Shown: piece after piece, positions 1-8,738 of the stretch
Layout: the number at the start of each line of letters is the position of its first letter
Position numbering within the stretch: position 1 is the first letter of the stretch
Assembly (NCBI GenBank): GCA_045863475.1
Contig: BTUR01000002.1
Location: 410 to 64,409, forward strand
Length of the DNA stretch: 64,000 nucleotides
Source: Candidatus Campbellbacteria bacterium
GTDB lineage: Bacteria > Patescibacteriota > Minisyncoccia > Phycocordibacterales > EsbW-18
Direction of reading: 5' to 3'
The notes under the pieces: model-generated
What the model was told of the DNA's origin: nothing
Seen by the model: only the letters and a program-made list of their open reading frames with translations
Database searches by the model: none
Position numbers and translations under genes: made by a program

Positions 1-1427
1 AAAAGTTAGATGGTGTTGGCATATTAGCGTGGCATCCTGATCGCCTCGCGCGTAATTCGATTGACGGTGGACGAGTTATTTACGCCGTAGACACTCGAAA
101 AGTTGTGTCTTTGCGCTTTCCGACATTTTGGTTTGAACCAACCCCGCAAGGGCTCTTTATGCTGCAAGTGGCGTTTGGTCAATCCAAATATTATTCGGAT
201 AACTTATCGGACAATATCAAGCGTGGTGTCCGCCAAAAACTGCGTCGTGGAGAATGGTTGAACTTAGCTCCCTTTGGCTATCAGAATAACCCCCGTATTA
301 GAAATATCGAACCTCATCCAACAAATGCTCGCGTAGTGAAGTTGGCTTTTGAAGAATACGCCAAAGGGTCGCACACTTTTATTTCGCTCGCACAATTTTT
401 GGCGGACTTGGGCGTGGTGACTCGTAACCAAACGCCACTTGCCAAAGTTTCCATCAAACGACTTTTGACACACAGAGCATATCTCGGCTTCGTCAAACAT
501 GGTGATGAATGGTTTGATGGAAACTTTGAGCCAATTGTTACTCCCGCATTGTTTGAAGCCGTGCAGAAAGTATTGCAAACAAAAGAAAGGCCGCGCAAAA
601 GGAAAATCAAGCACGATTTTCCTTTCACTGGACTTTTTCGATGCGCCGAGTGTGGGAGTATGATTTCCGCGCAATGGGCGACTGGAAAATCTGGTGGTCG
701 CTATCGGTATTATCGGTGCTCGAAAAAGCGCGGCCACTGTTCGCAAGCGTATTTGCAAGAAAGCGAACTTACTCGGCAAATCTGTGCACGGCTTCAAACA
801 ATCTCGCTTTGCGATCGCTATACCAACTGGATGTTGGACAAAGTGAGACTATGGGAGCGTGAGGAAATTGGAGCGTCGCAAAGCGAGGTTCAAAATCTTT
901 CGAGTGGAATCAAAGCGAACGAGGAGCGCATGGAAAAACTGCTCTCGGCGTATCTTGATGGCGATGTACCGAAAGATGTTTATCTCAAGCGAAAAGATAC
1001 GCTCATGCGCTCTCTCGCCGCTTTGAAGGAACAAATGAAAGATTTTGAACGCGGGAGAAACAATTGGGTCGAACCCTTGCGGGAATGGATTTTAGATACG
1101 AAACAAGCCAATTTTTTGTCCTCCTCCTCTGATTTGTACCAAATCAAGTCGTTCGTCCAAAAAATCGGAACGAACCCCTTGGTTCGTGACAAATCCGCCC
1201 ATTTCGCCCTGCCCATTCCGTCCCAATTCGTCGCGAAGCGACGCCACCTTTTGCCCAGCCCCGCGCCAAAGGCGCGTGGCGCATCTCGGCTTTCAGAACA
1301 GGAAGTTTCTTTCTGCGGTGAGGGTGGGATTCGAACCCACGGTCCAGTTTCCCGGACACCACATTTCGAGTGTGGCGCTTTCGACCACTCAGCCACCTCA
1401 CCAAAATCAAAACTCAAGATGAGGTAG
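1..1427 (+). CDS. Large serine recombinase (integrase/resolvase family), 5'-partial. The resolvase catalytic domain runs off the window start. The open frame reads antisense through tRNA-Ser with no earlier stop.
   Basis: Translation from nt 3 gives KLDGVGILAWHPDRLARNS.. (DRLxR resolvase motif), then a recombinase domain, a zinc-ribbon (CAECGS..YYRC..C) and a coiled-coil tail. Codon usage is lower-GC (Q=CAA, K=AAA) than the core genes. Confidence 0.8.
   Translation, partial: KLDGVGILAWHPDRLARNSIDGGRVIYAVDTRKVVSLRFPTFWFEPTPQGLFMLQVAFGQSKYYSDNLSDNIKRGVRQKLRRGEWLNLAPFGYQNNPRIRNIEPHPTNARVVKLAFEEYAKGSHTFISLAQFLADLGVVTRNQTPLAKVSIKRLLTHRAYLGFVKHGDEWFDGNFEPIVTPALFEAVQKVLQTKERPRKRKIKHDFPFTGLFRCAECGSMISAQWATGKSGGRYRYYRCSKKRGHCSQAYLQESELTRQICARLQTISLCDRYTNWMLDKVRLWEREEIGASQSEVQNLSSGIKANEERMEKLLSAYLDGDVPKDVYLKRKDTLMRSLAALKEQMKDFERGRNNWVEPLREWILDTKQANFLSSSSDLYQIKSFVQKIGTNPLVRDKSAHFALPIPSQFVAKRRHLLPSPAPKARGASRLSEQEVSFCGEGGIRTHGPVSRTPHFECGAFDHSATSPKSKLKMR
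1316..1402 (-). tRNA. tRNA-Ser(CGA), long variable arm
   Basis: The reverse complement GGTGAGGTGGCTGAGTGGTCGAAAGCGCCACACTCGAAATGTGG...GTGGGTTCGAATCCCACCCTCACCG folds as a cloverleaf with a CGA anticodon and a long extra arm. Confidence 0.85.
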
Positions 1428-1601
1428 CTGAGTGTTCGACAAGTCGTCCACCTCGTCCGTTTTCAACGGACTCGGATGAATGCTGTCTAAACAGCCTTCA
1501 TCCACTCAGCCACCTCACCAGGTGTTGATTTGCCGCCTCATTTTGCCATATTTCCTTAAAAATGCTATATTTTTTCGCGTCGGTAGAAGGGAAAAGAATA
1601 C

Positions 1602-1676
1602 GGCCTCATCGTCTAGCCTGGTCTAGGACGTCACCCTTTCACGGTGAAAACTCGGGTTCGAATCCCGATGAGGTCA
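1602..1676 (+). tRNA. tRNA-Glu(UUC)
   Basis: GGCCTCATCGTCTAGCCTGGTCTAGGACGTCACCCTTTCACGGTGAAAACTCGGGTTCGAATCCCGATGAGGTCA has the acceptor, D, anticodon (loop CTTTCAC) and T arms. Confidence 0.9.
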
Positions 1677-1677
1677 C

Positions 1678-2640
1678 ATGAAATTTGAAAGACCCCCCAG
1701 CAATCCTGCGGAGACCCAGTACGGCTCATATCTCGAGAAAAACGAAACGCTCATTGAACGGGCGCACGAGAAAGCGGCAGCCCTCATCGCTCGTGAAGCT
1801 GTCGACCCGAAAGGGTTTGATGACGTGTACTCGTCCGATGAGATTGAAAATGACTTGAAGCGCGTTGCAGAGCGCACGGCGACGTTTGAGAACAAAGACC
1901 GTTCGTCGCTTATGGATAAGGCGGCGCTTGCAGCGGAGGCGCTCATGTACGAGCAGGTTGGCAAGAGCGACTGGCTGTCCGGAGAAGGGGTGAAAGTATA
2001 TCCGGAGAAAACAACTGACTCCGATGATATTTTCAATAAGACCGACTTGGTGCTGACGTTTGAAACAGGGGAAGACGAGGAACCGCTTGCGGTGACGGTT
2101 GATGTGACCATCGGTATGCGCACGCTCACCGAGAAAATTCACTCAATTAAACAGGAAATTGATACGCAGTCACTGACGACGGTTAAGTATCACGAAACAC
2201 CGTCAGGAGAACATGTACCGCTGGAAAAAGCACCGCGGGTTATTCTTGGGATAGAGCCGGAGACGCTCATGGAGCTCCTGCCGTTATGGCTGACAGGTGA
2301 TGCACAAGGCAGGGAACGACTCAAGACACACCCGGTACAACTGGATGTGGCACTGGCGATTGAGATGCAGCTGAAGGCCTATGAAGAGTATGCGCGTACT
2401 ACAGGAAAGGAAAACACGGCCGATCGTTTTAAAGCTGCCTCGGGTATTATTACAGCGATTTGTCGGGGAAAAGTACGAAGCAGCACTGAACCTGTGAAAA
2501 GAAAAGAAGGCCGCCTGTTGCGTGACTTGCGTACGGCACTTGATTCCCAACTCTTGAACCCTTCATCAAAAAAGGTTCTGAAAGAAAGTTCTCTTGAGGA
2601 GCGTAAACGTTTGGAGATTATCAAACGTTTGCGGCGCTAG
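1678..2640 (+). CDS. Hypothetical protein (320 aa), acidic, no recognisable domain
   Basis: Long ORF with native-like codon usage that begins 2 nt after tRNA-Glu. Function unknown. Confidence 0.5.
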   Translation: MKFERPPSNPAETQYGSYLEKNETLIERAHEKAAALIAREAVDPKGFDDVYSSDEIENDLKRVAERTATFENKDRSSLMDKAALAAEALMYEQVGKSDWLSGEGVKVYPEKTTDSDDIFNKTDLVLTFETGEDEEPLAVTVDVTIGMRTLTEKIHSIKQEIDTQSLTTVKYHETPSGEHVPLEKAPRVILGIEPETLMELLPLWLTGDAQGRERLKTHPVQLDVALAIEMQLKAYEEYARTTGKENTADRFKAASGIITAICRGKVRSSTEPVKRKEGRLLRDLRTALDSQLLNPSSKKVLKESSLEERKRLEIIKRLRR

Positions 2641-3605
2641 AGTGCAGACACCCTCTCGTTGCCGCATTCTTTCTGTATCGTCGTACCGTCTTTCTCCAGA
2701 TAGACGGTCGTTTCTTTTGTGGTGTACGAAAAATCTTCCGGGTTGATGGAGAGTGTTACGAAAAGGCCGCAGCGAACGTTGTCGTTCCAGTACTGGTCAA
2801 AGACGAGATTACCGAGCGAGTAATAAATGTCTTTTCCGTTGTAGGTCTCGCGTGTCTGTATGACGTGCGGGTGGCCGCCAACGATAAAATCTGCTCCGGC
2901 ATCAATGAACTCCCGAGCAAGGGCTTTCTGATATTCGTTCGGCTCATTCGTGTATTCGTATCCCCAATGCGTGAACACGACCACGAAATCTGTCGTCGTT
3001 GCGAGCGAGCGGATAGTGGCAACGACATCGTCTTTTCCCGGTGGAAAGAATTCGTTAAATCCGACGAAACCAATGCGTGTTCCGCGGATGTCCTGTATGT
3101 GGTGCGTCTGCGCGAACGGCTCGCCGAAGTATGAGAGTCCAACGTCGCTGAGATGTTGTTTTGTCTGTGAAAGTCCCGGGTTGCCGAAATTAAATACGTG
3201 GTTGTTGGCGAGCGAGAGTACGCCGATATTGGCGCTCGTGAGTGCCTCGACCGTCTTCGGTGAGAACGTAAACACGTAGTTGTTCTGCTCAAGCGGCTTT
3301 GAGCCCTGGCTGACCGATTCGAATGTGGTGACCGATCCCTCCAGATTCGCAACAACAACATCGTGTGATGAGAAGAGAGGCGCGAGAGGTGCAAGGATGG
3401 CGTCATACCCAAGCAGTTCTGCTTTTTGACGGATGTATCGGTCAAACATGAGGTCACCACCGAAGCCGATGACAACGGGTTCTTGTTTTGGAGAAAGGCG
3501 ATTGACGATGTGTTGCAGCGGCGTCGGCGCACCTGCGGGGCGCGGGAAGGTGAGTATTCCGGCAACAAGTGCGACAACGACAATAATCAACCAGCCCTTT
3601 TTCAT
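2637..3605 (-). CDS. CapA/PgsA-family metallophosphatase (poly-gamma-glutamate synthesis-type), membrane-anchored
   Basis: MKKGWLIIVVVALVAG signal/TM, then calcineurin-like motifs (GDLMFDR, GGHPH). The upstream ORF extension overlaps tRNA-Val and is discarded. Confidence 0.7.
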   Translation of the reverse strand: MKKGWLIIVVVALVAGILTFPRPAGAPTPLQHIVNRLSPKQEPVVIGFGGDLMFDRYIRQKAELLGYDAILAPLAPLFSSHDVVVANLEGSVTTFESVSQGSKPLEQNNYVFTFSPKTVEALTSANIGVLSLANNHVFNFGNPGLSQTKQHLSDVGLSYFGEPFAQTHHIQDIRGTRIGFVGFNEFFPPGKDDVVATIRSLATTTDFVVVFTHWGYEYTNEPNEYQKALAREFIDAGADFIVGGHPHVIQTRETYNGKDIYYSLGNLVFDQYWNDNVRCGLFVTLSINPEDFSYTTKETTVYLEKDGTTIQKECGNERVSAL

Positions 3606-3649
3606 GGTGCAGTTATAGCACGAAAAAAGTCCCGAAAAAACAAAAGGTG

Positions 3650-3723
3650 TGGGCGATACAGGACTCGAACCTGTGACCTTCACAATGTCAATGTGACGCT
3701 CTAACCAGCTGAGCTAATCGCCC
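3650..3723 (-). tRNA. tRNA-Val(GAC)
   Basis: The reverse complement GGGCGATTAGCTCAGCTGGTTAGAGCGTCACATTGACATTGTGAAGGTCACAGGTTCGAGTCCTGTATCGCCCA has anticodon loop TTGACAT. Confidence 0.9.
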
Positions 3724-3804
3724 GAACGCGAAGCCATTGTAGACCAAAGTGGCAGTTTTCTCAATATTTGTTTTTTTCGTCTGTACGCGTACAAATTCTA
3801 CACA

Positions 3805-5235
3805 TTACTCCTCCTCCCATGTGATGGTGGTGTATTGGTCAGTTACCAACGGGAATGACGGTGGTGGTCCGTACAAGAGGCTTCCGTCGTAGTTGATGTT
3901 TCTTGTCTGGTATCCGGTATTGTCGGTGTAGGCAAAACCGTATCGCTGACTGGTCGCAATCATACCCCACAGTGTTATGGTTTGCCGTGTGTGGTACGGC
4001 GAGCATCGCTGTGAGTTGCCGCTCGGTCCGCGGTAGTAGTATCGTCCGACACGGCCATTCTGTGCGATGAGTGCGCCATCAATTCTCAAATCGTCTTCAC
4101 TTACCAATCCGACGGTCACGTTGCCTTGCGCAATGAGACCGAGCACATCAGTGCCATCATAATTTGTGTAGAGGAGATCATTGTTTACGACTATGTTTTT
4201 TCGGAACGGCGGATTGTCAGGAAGAAACGCGGCAACGATGGTGAGACGGCCGCCGTCTATCTGCCCATCAACAAAGATGTCGTCTTCCAAAAAGATGATG
4301 CCATTTTCCGGGAACGGATATGTGTCAATCAAATGCTGGTTTCGTATGCTCCATGTCCCCCAACCGGACTGATCTGCACTGTTCGTGCATCCCGACGGTG
4401 CGTTGGTAAAGCCCGTGACGCGATAGAGATCAAACGTGTCGTCGGTCTTCAACACGATGTGGTACCCCAATGCGCCCGCACTCGGCCGGTAGAAACCTGC
4501 AGTTTGCGCGTCGGTTTTCATTTGTGCGAGATCGGTGGTGATACCGAAGAAGTCCACGGCCGGAACAGGGAACTGGCGGCCGATTTGGAACACATCGGTT
4601 CGGTTTGGTACCGCCGACGGCGGAAGCGGGTCAACAGGAGCGACGTGGGTGTGCACACCAAACTCGTTTCCTCCCGTATGGTCAGGATCGTTGTAGGTGG
4701 CAACCGCGCTTGAAATCACGTTGTGCGCGATACCATCAAAGCGCACGCCTTGGTTGGAGTGAACGGGTCCGAACACCTCTGTACCTTCTCCGAACCGCAT
4801 AACGTCGTTTGCGGCAACGGCATATTTTGCGATGGACGGTTTGGCAAACTGCACTGCGATTTCACGATCAAGCGTTTCGTTGTCGGCCACGTTTCCTTTT
4901 GATGAGACCTGAACGAGTGTGGAACCAAGCGGTGGCGGTGTAATGTCGAGGGTGAATTGACCGACAACATTGTCGTCTTTGTCGCGGAAGTCATGCGTGT
5001 ACGGGCCTGAGGTGCCGGTTCCGTCTTGGAAGTCCTCAGGCGCGTGCGCGAGGTGCCATCGGTAGTAATCAATACCCGCCTCCGCAATCTGAAGTGTCTT
5101 CTCACGGTCCACGGCTTGTCGTCCCGCTTTCACATTGAGGAGTGCCCACGACGCGGACGCGTTCAGGAGATATACGGCGACTGAGCCGAAAATGATTACC
5201 GGTGCCAATATGAATCCTGCGGTGCGCGTGCTCAT
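3805..5235 (-). CDS. Pilus-associated protein (PilX/minor-pilin-like), N-terminal TM anchor. Last gene of the pilin-like operon.
   Basis: N-terminal hydrophobic helix and a Gly/Thr/Asp-rich extracellular body. Its start overlaps the stop of the upstream pseudopilin gene by 4 nt. Confidence 0.5.
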   Translation of the reverse strand: MSTRTAGFILAPVIIFGSVAVYLLNASASWALLNVKAGRQAVDREKTLQIAEAGIDYYRWHLAHAPEDFQDGTGTSGPYTHDFRDKDDNVVGQFTLDITPPPLGSTLVQVSSKGNVADNETLDREIAVQFAKPSIAKYAVAANDVMRFGEGTEVFGPVHSNQGVRFDGIAHNVISSAVATYNDPDHTGGNEFGVHTHVAPVDPLPPSAVPNRTDVFQIGRQFPVPAVDFFGITTDLAQMKTDAQTAGFYRPSAGALGYHIVLKTDDTFDLYRVTGFTNAPSGCTNSADQSGWGTWSIRNQHLIDTYPFPENGIIFLEDDIFVDGQIDGGRLTIVAAFLPDNPPFRKNIVVNNDLLYTNYDGTDVLGLIAQGNVTVGLVSEDDLRIDGALIAQNGRVGRYYYRGPSGNSQRCSPYHTRQTITLWGMIATSQRYGFAYTDNTGYQTRNINYDGSLLYGPPPSFPLVTDQYTTITWEEE

Positions 5236-5855
5236 AGGTTGTCTTTGAGGTTTCTCATTGAAACTTGCGTCGTCAGGGTGATTGCCCCCGGCGGCTCCTG
5301 GGCGTCTTTGTCGATGACTATTGTTATTTTTGCCAACCGTACGGTGGATATGTCCACGGGGTCGGAAAGCGGGTCCGTTGTGCCGTCATAGCTGTCGTCG
5401 TAGTAGGCGAAGACGGACGTCGTGCCGTTGGCAACGTCGTGAATGAATTCAGTCACGACTTCGTCGCCAGGGTTGTAGGTCAGTGGTGATCCGGTCGGTT
5501 TTGTGATGCCTTTTTTCAGTATTGTACCGTCGAGGAAGTATCGCACATGCTCTTTGAGTTGGTCGTCGTCCACGTTGCGGTAGAAGGCAATTGATGATGA
5601 GGAAGTTTCTGACAGGGCGTATGCACCGAGACTGGACGGGGAAGCGGAACGAATCTCCGCACTCATCATTTTAAGTCCTCGACGCGCCTCATTCTGTGCC
5701 GTCAGGCTTTCCGAGATGACTCGGTTTATTGAGAAGACATCTTTCTGGAACGCATAGAGGACAAGTCCGAGCACAATGAGCAGTGCAATACCGAAGAGCA
5801 TTTCAACGACAGTGAACCCGAAACGGAAACGATTTTTATTGCGGTGTGCGTTCAT
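5232..5855 (-). CDS. Prepilin-type N-terminal cleavage/methylation domain protein (pseudopilin/minor pilin)
   Basis: N-terminus MNAHRNKNRFRFGFTVVEMLFGIALLIV matches the class III signal (G|FTxxE + hydrophobic helix). Confidence 0.7.
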   Translation of the reverse strand: MNAHRNKNRFRFGFTVVEMLFGIALLIVLGLVLYAFQKDVFSINRVISESLTAQNEARRGLKMMSAEIRSASPSSLGAYALSETSSSSIAFYRNVDDDQLKEHVRYFLDGTILKKGITKPTGSPLTYNPGDEVVTEFIHDVANGTTSVFAYYDDSYDGTTDPLSDPVDISTVRLAKITIVIDKDAQEPPGAITLTTQVSMRNLKDNL

Positions 5856-5858
5856 GGT

Positions 5859-7661
5859 TTACGGTGATAAGGTGATTTCTCGCTGCTGCCACGATTCGTC
5901 CATCGAGACGGTATCGGTGGATTGCTGGTAACCGGATTTGGAGACCGTCAGCGTGTACGTACCTGCACCAAGACCGGTGAAGAGTGCCTGGCCCGGCGGT
6001 ACACACGACGACGTGAAAGTGAATGAGACGTCGGAGATTGTCGGTGTCCACGTTGTACTTGCGGTTTGCAGGTACGCTTTGTAGCGCAGATATCGTGAAC
6101 CGTCATGCAGTGCGTTGATGTTTTGGTCGGCCGCGGTGTAGTAGGAAGCGGATGTGCCGTCCGGTCCCACAAAATTCCATGCGAGCTTGTCGTTGTTTGT
6201 GGCGATTTGAAAACGGACACTGTCTGCACCCGTCGGCGGCGGCTGATCTTGCGGTTGCCAAAGAATTTGATGGAAATTTGCCGATGATGAACCGACGTCA
6301 AACGTTGAGGAAATAAGCCAGCCGGATGTCTGGTATTCATCAAGAATTTGTCTCAAGTGAAATTCGCCGGCAGGGTCGTTTGTTCGGATGTCTCCGTCGG
6401 AGTCGAAATATTCAGTTGTGTTGACGTAGTCTTCCTGTCCCGATCCTCCTGACCAGTCGGTCTGGCGTATAAAACCTTGTCCGGTGGTCAGTGTTTCGTC
6501 GTAGCCGGTTTTCTCGAGCCGGACGGTTGCGTCAGTAAGCGGAAGCTGTGTTGACGCGTCTTTGACGGTTACCAGCAGTGTTCGCGGGGTTTTTGGCGTG
6601 ACGATGAACTTCAGGTCTTGTGTCGAGTCAGGATTAAGTGATAACGGCAAAAGTGGAATGGTTCCCGCGAGGTCGTAGACGCCGTCGGTGAGGTCTACGT
6701 CGTATGTGTCCCACTCAAGCCCGGACACGTTTCGGTCTCCCGCGGCATTGGTTGAGAATGAAGCATCGTACTTCAGAATCTCAGGGTCCGTACCGATGAG
6801 TTTGGAGCCGAACAGGGAGAACCCGACGGAGGGAACAGGTGTGCAGGTATCCGTCATGCTCGAGATTGAAAGTGAGCTCGTGCGGTCAATGGAGAAGCTG
6901 ATTTGTGTGAGCTGTTGGAGGGCCACGGTTGCGTGCGGTTTAACCGGGTTGGGGTTGTCTTCATCGCCTGAAGGATACGTCATGTCCGTTGAGTAGCCGG
7001 ACTTCGAGACGGTTACCTCATATGCTTCGACGCCGGGCGGTGCATCGACGATTTGGAGCAGTCCGTTGTTATTCGTTGAGTCGTCAATAACGATGGAGGA
7101 CGTCCCTTGATTGTTTTCTACGTGCACATCGGCATCGACTATCGGTTGTCCCGACGCATCAAAAACCTGAACAAAGAGCGCGCCGTTCGTTGAAGCGGTT
7201 TCAAGCGCTCGCGGTCCGACGTGCGTGGTGAAGGAAAGTGGTGTGAAATTTCTGCACGACGCACAGCTGATTTCCAATTCAATGAGTTTGTAGTCGCTCG
7301 GAGAAAGGTCCGTAGGACTGCCGTCTATTGTGCCGTCAAACGGGTCGTCAATGTTGCGTATGGTGGTTTCCACGGAGAACTCATTGCCATCGCGCGTCAG
7401 CGTCTGTATGTGGGGAATCTTGCCGTCCGGAATACCATCGGGTATACCGACATCCGTGTACGGCAGGTTGCGGATGATTTCAAATTGTTCATTGGCAAGC
7501 GCCGCAGCTGCGACTTTGAGACGAGACGCTTCAATCGCGCGCATAGTTACGATATACCCCTGGTAGACACTGACCGCGATGACGAGAAAAACGAATATCC
7601 CGACGAGGGATTCTACGAGCGTAAATCCGTGCTGTGATTTAGAGGCGTGCATGACAAGCAA
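5859..7661 (-). CDS. Large prepilin-type N-terminal domain protein (600 aa) with beta-rich carboxypeptidase-regulatory-like repeats
   Basis: HGFTLVESLVGIFVFLVIA prepilin signature near the N-terminus. First gene of a three-gene co-directional cluster. Confidence 0.7.
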   Translation of the reverse strand: MLVMHASKSQHGFTLVESLVGIFVFLVIAVSVYQGYIVTMRAIEASRLKVAAAALANEQFEIIRNLPYTDVGIPDGIPDGKIPHIQTLTRDGNEFSVETTIRNIDDPFDGTIDGSPTDLSPSDYKLIELEISCASCRNFTPLSFTTHVGPRALETASTNGALFVQVFDASGQPIVDADVHVENNQGTSSIVIDDSTNNNGLLQIVDAPPGVEAYEVTVSKSGYSTDMTYPSGDEDNPNPVKPHATVALQQLTQISFSIDRTSSLSISSMTDTCTPVPSVGFSLFGSKLIGTDPEILKYDASFSTNAAGDRNVSGLEWDTYDVDLTDGVYDLAGTIPLLPLSLNPDSTQDLKFIVTPKTPRTLLVTVKDASTQLPLTDATVRLEKTGYDETLTTGQGFIRQTDWSGGSGQEDYVNTTEYFDSDGDIRTNDPAGEFHLRQILDEYQTSGWLISSTFDVGSSSANFHQILWQPQDQPPPTGADSVRFQIATNNDKLAWNFVGPDGTSASYYTAADQNINALHDGSRYLRYKAYLQTASTTWTPTISDVSFTFTSSCVPPGQALFTGLGAGTYTLTVSKSGYQQSTDTVSMDESWQQREITLSP

Positions 7662-7718
7662 TATGAATACTCTTTATGATAGCAAAAGAAAAAACCTTTT
7701 TGCTATAAAACAGAGGGT

Positions 7719-8639
7719 TTAGTGAGCTCGCGCTTTCAGGTGGAGATACAGGTCTTCAAGTGCGCGCACGGCGTCGCCGGCGGCGATGTTGTTTTGATGG
7801 TAGCGGACGTTCGTGCAGTCACCCGCGGCCCAAATCCCCGGAATGTTTGTTGCGTTGGTCCACGGGTCGATTTCGATGCGTCCGTATTCGTCCAGCGCAA
7901 GAAGTTCTTTCGCAAAATCCGTGTTCGGCAACATGCCGATTTCCACAAAGATGCCGGTGACGGGAAGTGTGTGCTCACCACTCTGGTCTTCGTAGGTGAG
8001 GCCGGAGACAAACGCGTCTCCCGTAACCCCTGTGATGCGCGCGCCGGTGATGACCTTCATGTTGGGGTGGGCGGATACTTTTTGTACCGTTATGGCGTCT
8101 GCTTTGAACGTGTCGCTTCGGTTGAGCAAGGTGACTGATGTGCAGTAGGCGAGGAGTTGTGCGGCGCTTTCAAATCCGGCGTTGCCGCCGCCGATGACCG
8201 CAACGTCTTGGCCCGCGAAGACGGGACCGTCACATGATGCGCAGTACGAGATACCTTTGTTCTCAAACTGTTCCGCGCCGGGAACGTCGAGTTTTTTGCG
8301 TGACGAACCGCTTGTTATGAGAATGCTCCGCGTTGTGTAGGATGCCTTATCGGTTGCAACGGAGAATTCGTCATCTTTCTTTGTGATGCCGGTAACCCGC
8401 TCTCCCGTGTTAATAGTGATGAACGAGTCTGCGTACGCGCGGATGTGGGCCTCAAATGCTTTTGCAAGTTCGTTGCCGGGAATAGACGGTGTGCCGATCC
8501 AGTTTTGTATGTCGGGGGAGACGACGCTCTGTCCGCCGAAATCAGGTGTAATGAGCAGTGTTTTGAGTTGTTTGCGCGCCGCGTAGACCGCTGCTGCGGT
8601 TCCTCCGGGTCCTGCGCCGATGATGATGAGGTCGTACAT
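7719..8639 (-). CDS. trxB: Thioredoxin-disulfide reductase
   Basis: GAGPGG FAD motif, CASC redox-active site, GGGNAG NADPH motif. 306 aa. Confidence 0.9.
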   Translation of the reverse strand: MYDLIIIGAGPGGTAAAVYAARKQLKTLLITPDFGGQSVVSPDIQNWIGTPSIPGNELAKAFEAHIRAYADSFITINTGERVTGITKKDDEFSVATDKASYTTRSILITSGSSRKKLDVPGAEQFENKGISYCASCDGPVFAGQDVAVIGGGNAGFESAAQLLAYCTSVTLLNRSDTFKADAITVQKVSAHPNMKVITGARITGVTGDAFVSGLTYEDQSGEHTLPVTGIFVEIGMLPNTDFAKELLALDEYGRIEIDPWTNATNIPGIWAAGDCTNVRYHQNNIAAGDAVRALEDLYLHLKARAH

Positions 8640-8673
8640 GAAAACCAGTATACCAGAGGATGAAATGGGAACG

Positions 8674-8708
8674 AAAAAAACCGTCCCGGCATACCGGGAC
8701 GGTTTTCG
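8674..8708 (-). terminator. Intrinsic terminator downstream of ftsZ (minus strand)
   Basis: GC hairpin ACCGTCCCGG cataccggg ACGG flanked by an A-run on the plus strand, which is a T-run on the minus strand. Confidence 0.6.
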
Positions 8709-8738
8709 CGCTTTCAGAAATATAAGGTGAACGGAGCG

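Noticed and set aside
1420-1521. A possible second tRNA-Ser downstream of the first one.
   Set aside because: It shares only the 5' 18 nt. The remainder gives a 4-nt 'anticodon' loop and has no T-arm or 3' acceptor strand, so it is not a tRNA.
5948-6343. Numerous antisense or alternate-frame ORFs of 60-270 aa inside large genes, e.g. within the pilin gene, ftsZ, dnaE, smc and the PKD protein.
   Set aside because: They overlap well-supported conserved genes, show low-complexity Arg/Ser/Pro-rich translations, and have no start signals.
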